A stretch of 64,000 nt of DNA from Poseidonia sp. (GTDB taxonomy: Archaea; Thermoplasmatota; Poseidoniia; Poseidoniales; Poseidoniaceae): contig JBMSEL010000006.1 of assembly GCA_049412325.1 (NCBI GenBank), positions 3,458-67,457 of the forward strand. Reading direction: 5' to 3'. Shown here one piece after another: positions 46,482 to 56,439 of the stretch (position 1 is its first letter; every line of letters starts with the position of its first letter). The position numbers and the translations under genes are program-made. Under the pieces are notes generated by a model, which worked only from the letters and a program-made list of their open reading frames with translations, was not told where the DNA came from and searched no databases.

Positions 46482-47405
46482 ATGCGCGACCTCCTTGCAA
46501 CACCGATGTTCGTTTCGTCCAGGGCGATGTTGGAAGCACACGGTCTCGCCATCAAATCGGCAGAGATGGTTCACCTGACCGCTCCTGCCACACCAGAAGG
46601 TGTCCTCGCCATCGGTCAACTCGAAGCTGCCTTGCTCGATGTCGGCGTTCGGTACCGTCGCCGATTGTTCACTCCTCGACATCACCTTCCTCGAGATGCT
46701 CCTCCTGCATGGTCGGTTGAAACCAACGGTCTCACCGTGGTGTTGGACGTCGAAGAGGCCACATGGTCGGTGGACGAACTCGCCTCGTCCGAACACCTTC
46801 ATCTTGTTCCATTGATGGCCACGGTGGAGATGGGTGCCAAACACCGGGCCTTTTCCGGTGCCATTGATCCTGTCCTCCAAGCCGCCGCGCTGGCAGCCTT
46901 CATCGCACCCAACGGGCGTAGGGTCCGTAAGCTCCGGCCATTCATTACCCTCGGTCTCTGGTCTCGTTCATCTCTTGAAACCAACATGGACCCCATTCAC
47001 ACCACCGTGTTGAACCATCTCAAGGAGGAAGGCACGCTTCGAGTTGTCCCCCTTCCCGAGGTCCCATCACCTGCCGCAGGCATGATGTCTGGCCTCTCGG
47101 AGCGACAATTGAAACGTTTGGCCAAGGTTTGGCCAACGATGGATGTCGATCAGCGAAGCATGGCGATCAGCGAACTTCTCCTTCCCTGCCTCACCCATCC
47201 AGAATTGTCAACGCCACGACTTGAGGAACTGACATGGCACCGAATGTTGGTCGGTGATGACCGTCATGATTTGGCCAGCCAGTTGTACATGGTCAAACAG
47301 GCTTGGCCAGAGGCGGCTGATGCGGGTCGTTTGTTTGCCTCCACTTTGCTCGACCAATGGCTTGGAACGGGTCGTTTTTGGGCTGAAGGTCAAGCGACGG
47401 ATTGA
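46482..47405 (+). CDS. Hypothetical protein, probable degenerate DHH/RecJ-family (GAN-like) homologue
   Basis: Lies directly after rps15. N-terminal VHLTAPATPEGVLAIGQLEAALLDVGVRY resembles DHH motif I without its acidic residues. Confidence 0.55.
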   Translation: MRDLLATPMFVSSRAMLEAHGLAIKSAEMVHLTAPATPEGVLAIGQLEAALLDVGVRYRRRLFTPRHHLPRDAPPAWSVETNGLTVVLDVEEATWSVDELASSEHLHLVPLMATVEMGAKHRAFSGAIDPVLQAAALAAFIAPNGRRVRKLRPFITLGLWSRSSLETNMDPIHTTVLNHLKEEGTLRVVPLPEVPSPAAGMMSGLSERQLKRLAKVWPTMDVDQRSMAISELLLPCLTHPELSTPRLEELTWHRMLVGDDRHDLASQLYMVKQAWPEAADAGRLFASTLLDQWLGTGRFWAEGQATD

Positions 47406-47430
47406 AACCGTAGGAGCCCTTAGGACGGTC

Positions 47431-47781
47431 ATGGCGATTGAGCGTCTGTTGACCGGAAGCATCCAAAGTCAACTCCAAGAGTTGATGTCCACCGAAGATT
47501 TGGTGATTGAAGCCTTTCGGGACCTCGTGAAGGATGAACTCAAGAGTCATATTCGGGCCAAGGTCGAGGAAGACCCTGATTTGAAGGCTGAAATCAAAGA
47601 GGCTGTTGCGTATTATTTCCAGTCCAAAGCTCGCAGTATCTATGCGGAACTGAAAGCCACTCGAGCCGCCACCCGCCTCGGCCTTCGATTGCTTCCCGAT
47701 GAACTTCAAGGCGAGGTTGGCGAAGCGCTCGTCACGTTGTTTGAAAAAGAACTTGGTGCTCTTCTCGAGAAGGCACTTTGA
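47431..47781 (+). CDS. Hypothetical alpha-helical protein (116 aa)
   Basis: Charged helical ORF with a TTGAAA box 29 nt upstream of the ATG at 47431. Confidence 0.75.
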   Translation: MAIERLLTGSIQSQLQELMSTEDLVIEAFRDLVKDELKSHIRAKVEEDPDLKAEIKEAVAYYFQSKARSIYAELKATRAATRLGLRLLPDELQGEVGEALVTLFEKELGALLEKAL

Positions 47782-47788
47782 ACCTGTT

Positions 47789-47805
47789 CTCCTCACGATG
47801 AGGAG
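47789..47805 (+). terminator. 7-bp hairpin after stop codon
   Basis: CTCCTCA-CGA-TGAGGAG starting 8 nt after the stop. No clear U-tract. Confidence 0.3.
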
Positions 47806-47847
47806 TTCAAGTTATGAGCCACTGTTGACTGGAGGAAGTCGGGAACC

Positions 47848-49869
47848 ATGCGCCGTGCTCTTTTTCTGTGTGCGATTTTCCTCGCGACCTTTGCGTCGCC
47901 TTTCATCGCCACCAGTCAAGCTTCGGCCTCCGATGACATCTTGGTGTGCTGTGATGCAACCCCGGTTGAACTCTACTTGATCGGGAGCGATAGCAACAAG
48001 CGGCTCACACCGTTTTCTGCCGACCTGGCTGAAGAGCCCCAAAGCCTGAGCGTTGAAACTTCCATTTCCTCGCAGGAAACCATCGGTCGCTGGCTCCTCC
48101 CCAATACATGGGGCGGAGACGTACCATCATCCACCTGGACTTTTTCCATCAATTACGAGGTGGCCAATGCTGCTGGTGTCCAAATCAACGCCACAGCCAC
48201 CGTCAGCGTGGGCTCGAAGAGTTTCAGTGCGGCCACCGAACCAGGGTCCTCTTTCCTCGCTCAGGGGGCTGGCTCGCTGACCTTTGACATCGATGTCGAA
48301 TCGTTCACCACGAGCGGCTCATCAAACATTGAAATCGAACTCACCGCTCAAGCGGTTTTGTTCAGCGTTCCTGCCGCTGACGCTAAACTGGAATTTTTCT
48401 GGGGCAGTGAGGATGAGGCTTCTTCGCTTGAAGCGACCATTCCCGTGATGGACATTTTCATGGTTGAGCCCGAGGTTGAAGGCTCGGATGTGTACCTGGG
48501 CGTTCGTCTTGATTCACCTTGGGGCTTGTCCACCCTGGCCATGGCTGAATCCATTACGCTGAAGGTCAACGGCGTCCCTGTATCGGGCGACCCCATCGAA
48601 ACTGCGGTGGGCGATACCGTGCGCGTCACGTGGACGTGGACGGATGCATCCGGTGGAATTGAAACGATCAATGTCGAGGTTGAATTGGAGTTCCAACCTG
48701 GTCAACCTTCCTTGCGAGGCTCAACCACTTACGAGGTTGAAACCTTTGACACCGGCGGTGGCACCGGCACGTATTACCCTCCCGATGAGCCACTACGAAC
48801 CGACGGTACTGGCAGCAGCATGATGCTGGAGATCAGCATGGACCTCACCTCCCAGGACGGCGGTTTGATGCTCGAGCGTGTCACCACCATCACGATTCAC
48901 GATGAAATGGCGTTTTGGATGCGATGGGGGATGGACCACATCGGGGATGATAACCCAGCGCTTTCTCAAACACTACGTGCTTTTTCTGCAGGTGCGGTAT
49001 CCGATGAGGACCGCATCAGCCGCTTCATTGAAGACGTCGAGCGTTCAGAGTTCGAGCGTCAGATGGTGACCCTTGGCCCCATGTACATGAACACCGGTTT
49101 GGGGTTGGACACAGAAGAATTGCTCGGTGATTTCCGAGCGTTTAACGAACTCAAGGTCGAGGTTGACCTCAACGGCCAAGATGCGGTCATCAATCATCCT
49201 GTATCGCTTCGCTTTTCGACCACTGAGCTCGTTGAGGATGGCAGTCGTATCGACCTCCTTCGCAATTTCATCGTCGTTCAACCAGCCCCACTTTGGAGTG
49301 ATTATTCCCTCGACTTGACCGCCCGCTCCTCTGCGCTCACCGCCCTGAGTAACAGCATCATACGCGAATCTGACGCCTTTGATTTCTCCGTTCTCCGCAT
49401 GCCTTGGGGCGACCTCATCACGATGGAAGGAGAGAGCATTGACCAAAGCGAAACATTCAGCTTTGAAGCGCTCCCCACCGCCTCCCTTGCTTATGCACCG
49501 TTGACCCTGAGTATTCTCACCTTGGCTGGGTTGCTGGGAGCCTTCATCATCGGCTTACGTCTGACTCGCAACCGGCGTCGTACCTACCTTTACCTCGAAT
49601 TGGTCTTGGTACCCATTGCCCTCGCCGTGACCGTCATTGGTTACCCCGTGGCCTTCATCGGTATTGCCTTGGGGGCTGTTGCTCTCATCTGGGTCGTCAC
49701 CGCGATGGCCAGCCCTCGTTTGGTCGGTGCTGCACGTCGTTCTGCAACGCCTCAGTATCCGATGATTCCTTGTCCAGCGTGTCAAAGCGCTAACGCCATC
49801 ACAACGAATGCACGCCCGCACCGATTCAACTGCGCTGGTTGCGGGCGTGTCATCAAACTGGTCGCTTGA
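47848..49869 (+). CDS. Secreted/membrane protein with ~3 C-terminal TM helices and a terminal zinc ribbon
   Basis: Signal peptide, acidic ectodomain, TM helices, CPAC…CAGC. Confidence 0.78.
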   Translation: MRRALFLCAIFLATFASPFIATSQASASDDILVCCDATPVELYLIGSDSNKRLTPFSADLAEEPQSLSVETSISSQETIGRWLLPNTWGGDVPSSTWTFSINYEVANAAGVQINATATVSVGSKSFSAATEPGSSFLAQGAGSLTFDIDVESFTTSGSSNIEIELTAQAVLFSVPAADAKLEFFWGSEDEASSLEATIPVMDIFMVEPEVEGSDVYLGVRLDSPWGLSTLAMAESITLKVNGVPVSGDPIETAVGDTVRVTWTWTDASGGIETINVEVELEFQPGQPSLRGSTTYEVETFDTGGGTGTYYPPDEPLRTDGTGSSMMLEISMDLTSQDGGLMLERVTTITIHDEMAFWMRWGMDHIGDDNPALSQTLRAFSAGAVSDEDRISRFIEDVERSEFERQMVTLGPMYMNTGLGLDTEELLGDFRAFNELKVEVDLNGQDAVINHPVSLRFSTTELVEDGSRIDLLRNFIVVQPAPLWSDYSLDLTARSSALTALSNSIIRESDAFDFSVLRMPWGDLITMEGESIDQSETFSFEALPTASLAYAPLTLSILTLAGLLGAFIIGLRLTRNRRRTYLYLELVLVPIALAVTVIGYPVAFIGIALGAVALIWVVTAMASPRLVGAARRSATPQYPMIPCPACQSANAITTNARPHRFNCAGCGRVIKLVA

Positions 49870-50280
49870 TCAAAGGCTCAATCCTTTCAGGTTGGCCACC
49901 ATTTGAACCGCCTCTTGGTAGTCGCCCGGGGAGAAGTAGCCGACAAATTCCCCGTGTTCGTCAACGGCCACGACGGCTTGTGGGCTTCGCTTACGGATGT
50001 CAGCGAGCACGCCTTTGAGACTGTCTGACAGACTCACCTGCATGAAATCCATTTCCATGTGCTCGTGACATTGAGCCGTGGAGGCGTCAACACCTTCACT
50101 CAACGCTTTGATGAGTTGTCGCTGACCGATGACGCCTTTGACCCGTCCTTCTCCATCAAGAACGACCATGATTCCACTCGAGATGGTGAGCAACCGCTTT
50201 GCGGCTTCTTGCAGGGAATCCTCCGTCCCAACGGTCATGTGTTCATCGTCAAGGGTGAGGTCGGCCACTGTCTTTCCCAT
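49870..50280 (-). CDS. Stand-alone CBS-domain protein
   Basis: Two CBS-like units (VVLDGEGRVKGVI; VAVDEHGEFVGYFS). Confidence 0.85.
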   Translation of the reverse strand: MGKTVADLTLDDEHMTVGTEDSLQEAAKRLLTISSGIMVVLDGEGRVKGVIGQRQLIKALSEGVDASTAQCHEHMEMDFMQVSLSDSLKGVLADIRKRSPQAVVAVDEHGEFVGYFSPGDYQEAVQMVANLKGLSL

Positions 50281-50321
50281 GGACCGACGACCAACGCCGC
50301 AGGTTTTGGTTCTTGCTTAGT

Positions 50322-52058
50322 TCAGTTGTCGTTGAGTTCCTCATGGCAAAGCATCAATGTGGTCTCGTCCATGATCTTTGCATACCCCACGCGTTCGAGT
50401 TGGACGATGGTTCCTACAGGATGCTTGTGGTTCTCCAAACGCCCTTCGATGTTGAACACCGTGTTGTCTTTTGTCCCTGTCAGCACGGCTTCTTTTGCGT
50501 TGTTCTCCGGCAGCCAGTGGACGATGGGGCGTTTGTCTGTCCGTTCCATACGTTCAATGCGGGCGGAACGGTCGTGAAGCCCTACATCAGCGAATTCCTT
50601 CAGACGCAGGTCCATTTTTTCGAGGTCTTCGCTTTCGAGCCAAATGTTTCCACCCGTGAGTTTCCATGTTCGTTGGCCCATGGATTCATGGTTTGGATGG
50701 ACGGGGATGGTCAGCGAATCGGGGTGTTCTCCCTCGAGGGTGAACGCTGCTGGATGACGAACAAAAGTCAGCCGTGGGGCGTCATCGTCGATCACCCGCG
50801 TGTTGTGTGCGTACAACGTGGCGAGGGGTACGGAGATGTCTTTCTGGGTGATGCCGAGTTCCAACCAGAAGTTTCTCAGCGCTTCTGCTTGCGTGCCCCG
50901 GAGTTTCAATCCCGCCAGCGTTGGAAGTCGCGGGTCGTTCCATCCACTGTAGGTGCCTGCTTCGATGTCAGCCCGCATCTGCGAGGTGGAAAAGCCACCC
51001 CATTCGTGAACCTTTACGCGCCCCCAATACATGGTTTCAGGGTACGTCCAACCAAAATGGTCGTACAGCAGCGTTTGCTTTCGGGTTGAATCCATCAGGT
51101 CTTTTCCTCGAATGATGTGAGTTACTCCCTGGAGATGGTCCTCGACAGCGCTCTGGAAATCCAAGAGGGGCCACACGATGTGGTTCGATCCGATTTCGGG
51201 GCGGGGATGCGGATGGGCCGCTGTGTCCTGCAACCGCAAGGCTGGCCAATCCCGAAGAGCAGGGTTCTTCAGGGTCATGTCGGTTTTCACCCGAACAACC
51301 GCCTCACCGGGCTTGAATTTCCCGTTGAGCATGCGCTTCCAGAACACCAAATTGTCTTGAGGGGTTTGCGTGCGACACGGGCAAGCGGTTTTTCCAACTC
51401 GATGCTCCTTGAAGTCCTCAGCACTGCATCGACAAACATAACCAAATCCAGCTTCAAGCATCATCTCGGCATGTCGGTGGTATTCCTCAATACGGTCGGA
51501 GGCAATGATCACACGGTCGGGTTTTCGGCCGGTAAGCCACTCCGTTTCTTGTTGAATGGTGTCGTACGCTTCGAGCATGGGTGGTTTGACTTTCGTGTCG
51601 GTGTCGTCAAACCTCAGGATGAACTCGCCGTCGTACATTTCTCTGTAGGTGCTGTTGATGACGAGACCTCGGGCGTGACCAAACGACAGCGGGCCGTTTG
51701 GGTTCGGAGCAAAGCGGAGAACGACCTTTCCTTTCTCGGCGTTCTTTAATTCCGGTAAACCCTCCCTCCTCGCCTTGGTTTCTCTTTTCTCCAAAAGGTG
51801 CGGAGCCTCCTCTTGGAGCAGGGTTCTCACCGCATCCAGCCCTTCTTCCGCCGCCATTGCGTTGGCGGCGTTGACCTGCATGGCCACAAGCCCGGTCACA
51901 GCCTTTCCGTGTTCCCGTAAATCGCCCCGCATCGCCATGATGCGGCCGATGACCGAACCCATGGCTGCTTTGCCCTCATACTCGAGTGCGTTTTGAAGGG
52001 CGACATGACGAATCAGGGCTTCTGTTTCCACATCGGGTTGCCATGTCATGTCGCTCAT
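50322..52058 (-). CDS. gltX: Glutamate--tRNA ligase (archaeal type)
   Basis: RFAPNPNGPLSFGH, LRFDDTD, CRC…CPCR, THIIRGKD, GWNDPRLPT, QLERVGY. Confidence 0.97.
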   Translation of the reverse strand: MSDMTWQPDVETEALIRHVALQNALEYEGKAAMGSVIGRIMAMRGDLREHGKAVTGLVAMQVNAANAMAAEEGLDAVRTLLQEEAPHLLEKRETKARREGLPELKNAEKGKVVLRFAPNPNGPLSFGHARGLVINSTYREMYDGEFILRFDDTDTKVKPPMLEAYDTIQQETEWLTGRKPDRVIIASDRIEEYHRHAEMMLEAGFGYVCRCSAEDFKEHRVGKTACPCRTQTPQDNLVFWKRMLNGKFKPGEAVVRVKTDMTLKNPALRDWPALRLQDTAAHPHPRPEIGSNHIVWPLLDFQSAVEDHLQGVTHIIRGKDLMDSTRKQTLLYDHFGWTYPETMYWGRVKVHEWGGFSTSQMRADIEAGTYSGWNDPRLPTLAGLKLRGTQAEALRNFWLELGITQKDISVPLATLYAHNTRVIDDDAPRLTFVRHPAAFTLEGEHPDSLTIPVHPNHESMGQRTWKLTGGNIWLESEDLEKMDLRLKEFADVGLHDRSARIERMERTDKRPIVHWLPENNAKEAVLTGTKDNTVFNIEGRLENHKHPVGTIVQLERVGYAKIMDETTLMLCHEELNDN

Positions 52059-52097
52059 TGCACGCTGTGGGTTGCCCTTCAAGAAATGCGTGATACA

Positions 52098-52817
52098 TCA
52101 TGAATGGAAAAGGCGTTGTTGGGTGGTTCGTTGAACGCCTCGAACCGGCACGTCCCCCTCTCGATGTTGATTCCAAAACCGTTCCACTGTGGCCCATCCC
52201 CAACGGACATCTGGGTCAATGCCACCTTGTTCCACCAACCCATGCAAGGCCTTCTTGGTGGTCGGGTCAGAAGGGTAGCCCGAGCCGACGTTAAACCCCA
52301 CTCGTGTGGACATCGCTTCCATCCTTCGGTCTCGTTCCTCCTTGGCAAGAATGCTGGCCATGGCCACCACTGGGTGGCGTTGATCGGCTTTATGTTCCGA
52401 TATCATGCTCGATCGGGGATACGGCCAACCATCGAGTCCGGCTGTGATTCGTTGCGTGAACCGTTCGGGGTTAACATCACAAGCATCGGCGATAATGGAG
52501 AGGTCGCGGCGATGCGGGACCTTCTGCAATGCTTCTTGAAAACCTTCGACGCCAAGCCAATTGAGGCCTTGTTGCTGCAAGGCTCGATCAATTCGTTCGG
52601 CTTGGATGACCACGGTTGTTCCAAACCACCCATCTCGCTCACATTGTTCCCAAAACCAGGATTCAATGTGATGGCGTTTTTTGGGCGAGAGGTCTTTGGA
52701 ATCTTTGACCCCCATCGAGACCAACAACGGTTCGGCGTCTTCGGGCACGACGCAAAGGCCAGTGACGAGGGGACCGAACACCGGACCACGCCCTGCCTCA
52801 TCGATTCCAACCAACAT
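52098..52817 (-). CDS. rnhB: Ribonuclease HII
   Basis: GIDEAGRGPVFGPL, DSK, EHKAD, ASILAK, GSGYPSDP. Confidence 0.96.
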   Translation of the reverse strand: MLVGIDEAGRGPVFGPLVTGLCVVPEDAEPLLVSMGVKDSKDLSPKKRHHIESWFWEQCERDGWFGTTVVIQAERIDRALQQQGLNWLGVEGFQEALQKVPHRRDLSIIADACDVNPERFTQRITAGLDGWPYPRSSMISEHKADQRHPVVAMASILAKEERDRRMEAMSTRVGFNVGSGYPSDPTTKKALHGLVEQGGIDPDVRWGWATVERFWNQHREGDVPVRGVQRTTQQRLFHS

Positions 52818-52826
52818 GACCTTTCC

Positions 52827-55241
52827 TCAGAATTCCAAGTCGTCAACTGGCGAGGGATGGACCTCATCGTTGGATGGGAGTGGAACCGACGGTGTCGTTG
52901 GCTCTAGCAAGGTCTGATTCGCCGCAAGTTGTTCCACCGATTCAGTCAATTGCAGGTCAGCGAGCATCTCGTTGGCCTCGTTTTTGTTGGCATCTTCCGT
53001 CCGTTGGTCAAGGACCAGGGTCGCAGCGGAGACGAGCCCTGAATCCACTTTGGGCTGTGCCACCTCGGCCGAACCGTGCTGGTGCCGGAACATGGCTTCG
53101 TAGGTCGCTTTCGGGACCTCTTGGAGTGGTGGCACAGACCCGGCCAACTTCTTCGCTTCATCGGGTTCCTTCTGATATTGACTCATCCAATCTTCTGCTT
53201 GTTTTTCGGCCTCTTGATAGGGGAGGGTCTGTGATTCATCCAACCGGCGTTGACGGTCGACCACGGCCTTGTACAGGATAACCGAGGCCAGCAAGATACT
53301 GAACATGACACCCGACCACGCCTTCGCGTACTCAACGGCGGTGCTGGCCATGCCTCCCCAATCAATCCCCTCATCCACTTCGTCATCTGGCTGCCAGGGC
53401 ACACCGAGGTAATTCCCTGTGGTGGTATGAACAAAGGGAAGCTCAGGGGCGAATCGGGACCGAATCGTGGTGTTGATGTAGACCGTTCCATTGCTGGTTT
53501 GGTCCTGTGGTAATTGGACCCAGGCTCGGATCGTGAAATTTGAATTCAGCGGAATATCATTCACTTCAAACGAACGTGGGAACTCAACCCCTTCCTCGTA
53601 AACAGCGATGTCGGGAGGGATGAATCCCATGTCAACCGAATGGCTGGACCGCAATTGAACGATGAGGCCGTCGACGGCATTTCCTTCGTTTCTCACCTCC
53701 ATTGCAATGGAGAGTCGCCCTTTGGCGTTGACCTGTTCAGCGACGTTTCTGAATGACCATTTAATCTCAGGTGCGACCTTGAGTTCAACGGTGGTGCTGT
53801 CAACGACTTGGCCGGTGTCGTCCAACAATTCGAAGGTGGTCTCTCCCACCGTGAACGCCAAGGCATCGGCGGGCGCGGTGATGGTGATGTTGTCAAAACG
53901 AGCGCCTTGGTTGGGCTGGAGAAGAAGGCCGGTGGCAGGAATGATGACTTCGAAGTCTCCTGTGGTGTTGGTCTCACGGAGCACGAACGTGTTGTAGGCG
54001 TTTCCGGTGTTCAGAACATCAAGGCCCACCGTGCAAGATTCGTTTGGCAAAATCGCAAGGCACCCTACCGGTTCAGGGGCTACTTCACCCGTTGAGATTC
54101 GGTTGATGGTGGCGACCGCGCGAGCGGTTTTGATGCTCGAGGCTGCACCAACGGCAAACACCTGTAACTCGACATGCATCGTTCCTTGGAAGGTGTTGGG
54201 GGCTTGGAAGCCGATTTCAATGACCCTGGACTCGTTTGGTTCGAGGACGATGTTTTCCAATCCACCAAACAGGGCCACAACCCAACCGCTGGCGTTGAAT
54301 CGGTCCGCCCTTGGCGTTCCAGGCAGAGGGGTACCTTCGGGTGTGAGCCCTTGGAGTGTGATGTTGAGCGTATTGGGGGTGTTGCCAACATTTCGAACCA
54401 CGGCTTGCAAGCGGCCATCTTGATTGGGTGCGACACTGAGGTTGGTCTCCAGGCTGTCAATGCTGGCGTTTTTCTTTGCGTTCATCAAGAGGTCAAAGGT
54501 CCAAGTGGTGACAGCCTTGTCAAGGCCAGAAATGGCTGAAAGGATGAATCGAGGGCCCGTTTCTGCGAGTGGAGCGCCGTTTTCAACCGCGGGCACATCG
54601 ATCCAAAGATAGACGTAGGCAAGGGTGTCCGGCGCCAATGACGTGTAGGCTTCACTTCCGTTGACATCGGGCATGTTCCAGCCCCAAGACCAATCCGAAT
54701 TCGTGTAGAGGTTGAAGGTGATATCATCGCTCGAGGAGGCATTGTTGGTGATGTTAACGGCCACTGCTGTTCGGACCAATTCGTCCACGGTGAACGCTGC
54801 AAAATTATCCACGCCGAAATTGAGATTCGATTGAGGTACGATGGCCACACTCATCTCAACGGTTTCGTTCAATTCTGGATTGAGGTCGCTGGTGATGGAA
54901 AATGAAACGGTAAGGTCCTGATAGGCTGCACTTTGCGGTGCACGGATGCCGAATGAAACTTGTTTGAGATGGTTTGGTACAAGAAGTTCCGTGACGGGGA
55001 GGCCCACGGTCGAAAGAGGGGCAGGAATGGAAAGGGGTGCAATCGTGAAGGCTTGATTTTCGTCTGCCTTGTTGTGGAGCGTGATGTAGGTGCTCACGGT
55101 TTCGTTCTGATGAACGTAAATCTCGTCGGGAGCCGTCCACTCAACCCATGCTCCATCCCGTCCAACGGCCTCTGCCCACCCTCCACTGAGCGGGATGGCC
55201 ATCGGGAGGAGGAACACCATCAGAAGAAGTGCCCACCGCAT
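52827..55241 (-). CDS. Membrane-anchored protein with repeated Ig-like (COG1470/NEW3-type) domains
   Basis: Signal peptide. Repeated VRNVGN/LNTGN/VRNEGN…D motifs. One TM helix and an acidic cytoplasmic tail ending DDLEF. Confidence 0.78.
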   Translation of the reverse strand: MRWALLLMVFLLPMAIPLSGGWAEAVGRDGAWVEWTAPDEIYVHQNETVSTYITLHNKADENQAFTIAPLSIPAPLSTVGLPVTELLVPNHLKQVSFGIRAPQSAAYQDLTVSFSITSDLNPELNETVEMSVAIVPQSNLNFGVDNFAAFTVDELVRTAVAVNITNNASSSDDITFNLYTNSDWSWGWNMPDVNGSEAYTSLAPDTLAYVYLWIDVPAVENGAPLAETGPRFILSAISGLDKAVTTWTFDLLMNAKKNASIDSLETNLSVAPNQDGRLQAVVRNVGNTPNTLNITLQGLTPEGTPLPGTPRADRFNASGWVVALFGGLENIVLEPNESRVIEIGFQAPNTFQGTMHVELQVFAVGAASSIKTARAVATINRISTGEVAPEPVGCLAILPNESCTVGLDVLNTGNAYNTFVLRETNTTGDFEVIIPATGLLLQPNQGARFDNITITAPADALAFTVGETTFELLDDTGQVVDSTTVELKVAPEIKWSFRNVAEQVNAKGRLSIAMEVRNEGNAVDGLIVQLRSSHSVDMGFIPPDIAVYEEGVEFPRSFEVNDIPLNSNFTIRAWVQLPQDQTSNGTVYINTTIRSRFAPELPFVHTTTGNYLGVPWQPDDEVDEGIDWGGMASTAVEYAKAWSGVMFSILLASVILYKAVVDRQRRLDESQTLPYQEAEKQAEDWMSQYQKEPDEAKKLAGSVPPLQEVPKATYEAMFRHQHGSAEVAQPKVDSGLVSAATLVLDQRTEDANKNEANEMLADLQLTESVEQLAANQTLLEPTTPSVPLPSNDEVHPSPVDDLEF

Positions 55242-55333
55242 GCTCATGTGCAGGCGTTATCCCCTATCAATGACTCCCTGCGTTGAATCCCGTCGGTCGT
55301 AGCATTCTAATGGTGCACGGGCGTGGTTTGACC

Positions 55334-55762
55334 ATGCCTCCCATCTGGCCGTTCAAGAAGAAGAAGGAATTGGACCAAGAAATCGATGAGGCGCCTCCTG
55401 CACCTGTTGTTTACAAGCGGGGCGAAGATCCGAACGCAAGGGCTGCCGTGGAAACGGATGTTGCTGCGTACAAGGATGCATTGGCGTTGTTTGGCGGTGG
55501 CTCGTCAGACGTTGCTGCTGCCACTGACCAATCGGTGCATTACGACGGTGTGTCGGCCTCAAGTGATGAAGCCCCATCCGCTCAAGAAGATGAAACGAAC
55601 GCCACCAAAGATCATACTCCATCAGCAAGTTCTGAGCCTGCATCATCCCACACGTGGGTCCATCACACGGATGGCTATCATTACAAACAGCATGCCGATG
55701 GTTCGTTTGAACCCACGCCCCACGTCAAACAAAATGACGGAACCTACGCTCCGTATTCCTGA
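55334..55762 (+). CDS. Hypothetical protein: basic N-terminus, disordered linker, small aromatic/His-rich C-terminal domain
   Basis: MPPIWPFKKKK…WVHHTDGYHYKQHADGSF…KQNDGTY. Confidence 0.65.
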   Translation: MPPIWPFKKKKELDQEIDEAPPAPVVYKRGEDPNARAAVETDVAAYKDALALFGGGSSDVAAATDQSVHYDGVSASSDEAPSAQEDETNATKDHTPSASSEPASSHTWVHHTDGYHYKQHADGSFEPTPHVKQNDGTYAPYS

Positions 55763-56430
55763 TCAAACAATCGTGGAATTGGCCGTATCAGGCCGGGATG
55801 GTCCTCACCAACTCGGTTGACTGCCCTGTCCACTGGATGGCGGTCAAACAGTCCTGATTCGGGTGTGGAAGGAAGTAAGCCCAGCTCGAGCCAATCGTCC
55901 ATCCGGTCGTGTTCGATGATGACGGGCATGCGGTCATGAACATCCTTGCAATCTTCGTTCGCTTCCTGCGTCAACAAGACGCACGATTCCACATGCTGTT
56001 GTCCGTCAGTCCAACGGTCCCAGAGGACGCCCATCAAGCAAGGGCGTCCATCGGTTCGTTGATGATACCAGGGCGTTTTTCCTTGTGGTGTGGTCATCCA
56101 TTCGTACCAACCATCCGCAGGAAGAACACCACGACGGCGCTGGGCAGCAGCACGAAACATCGGCTTTTCCAGCATGGTCTCGCTTCTTGCGTTGATGGGT
56201 TCACGATTCGAGGCTTTGGCCCACGAGGGGCGAAATCCCCACCGCATCAATCGAAAGTGTCGTGGCACCTCGTCGAGAGCCTCCACGCCGACTTGAGTCG
56301 CCACGGGAACGTAGGTTTGTGGAGCCACATTCCAAGAAGGTTTGAACGGAGTCAAATCAGAGAGGGGCTCGGCCTCTATTTCTGCTGCCACATCATGGAG
56401 GGGTGTTGCAAGGGCAAATCGTCCGCACAT
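55744..56430 (-). CDS. SRAP-family (YedK/HMCES) abasic-site-processing protein
   Basis: N-terminal MCGRF, WNVAP, MRWG, INARSET, GWYEW, VHDRMP. Confidence 0.94.
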   Translation of the reverse strand: MCGRFALATPLHDVAAEIEAEPLSDLTPFKPSWNVAPQTYVPVATQVGVEALDEVPRHFRLMRWGFRPSWAKASNREPINARSETMLEKPMFRAAAQRRRGVLPADGWYEWMTTPQGKTPWYHQRTDGRPCLMGVLWDRWTDGQQHVESCVLLTQEANEDCKDVHDRMPVIIEHDRMDDWLELGLLPSTPESGLFDRHPVDRAVNRVGEDHPGLIRPIPRLFDQEYGA

Positions 56431-56439
56431 GCCACTGCC

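Noticed and set aside
36568-55762. Convergent gene ends that overlap or abut (36568-36583, 38010-38026, 49869/49870, 55744-55762)
   Set aside because: Expected in a compact genome. Nothing indicates antisense regulation.
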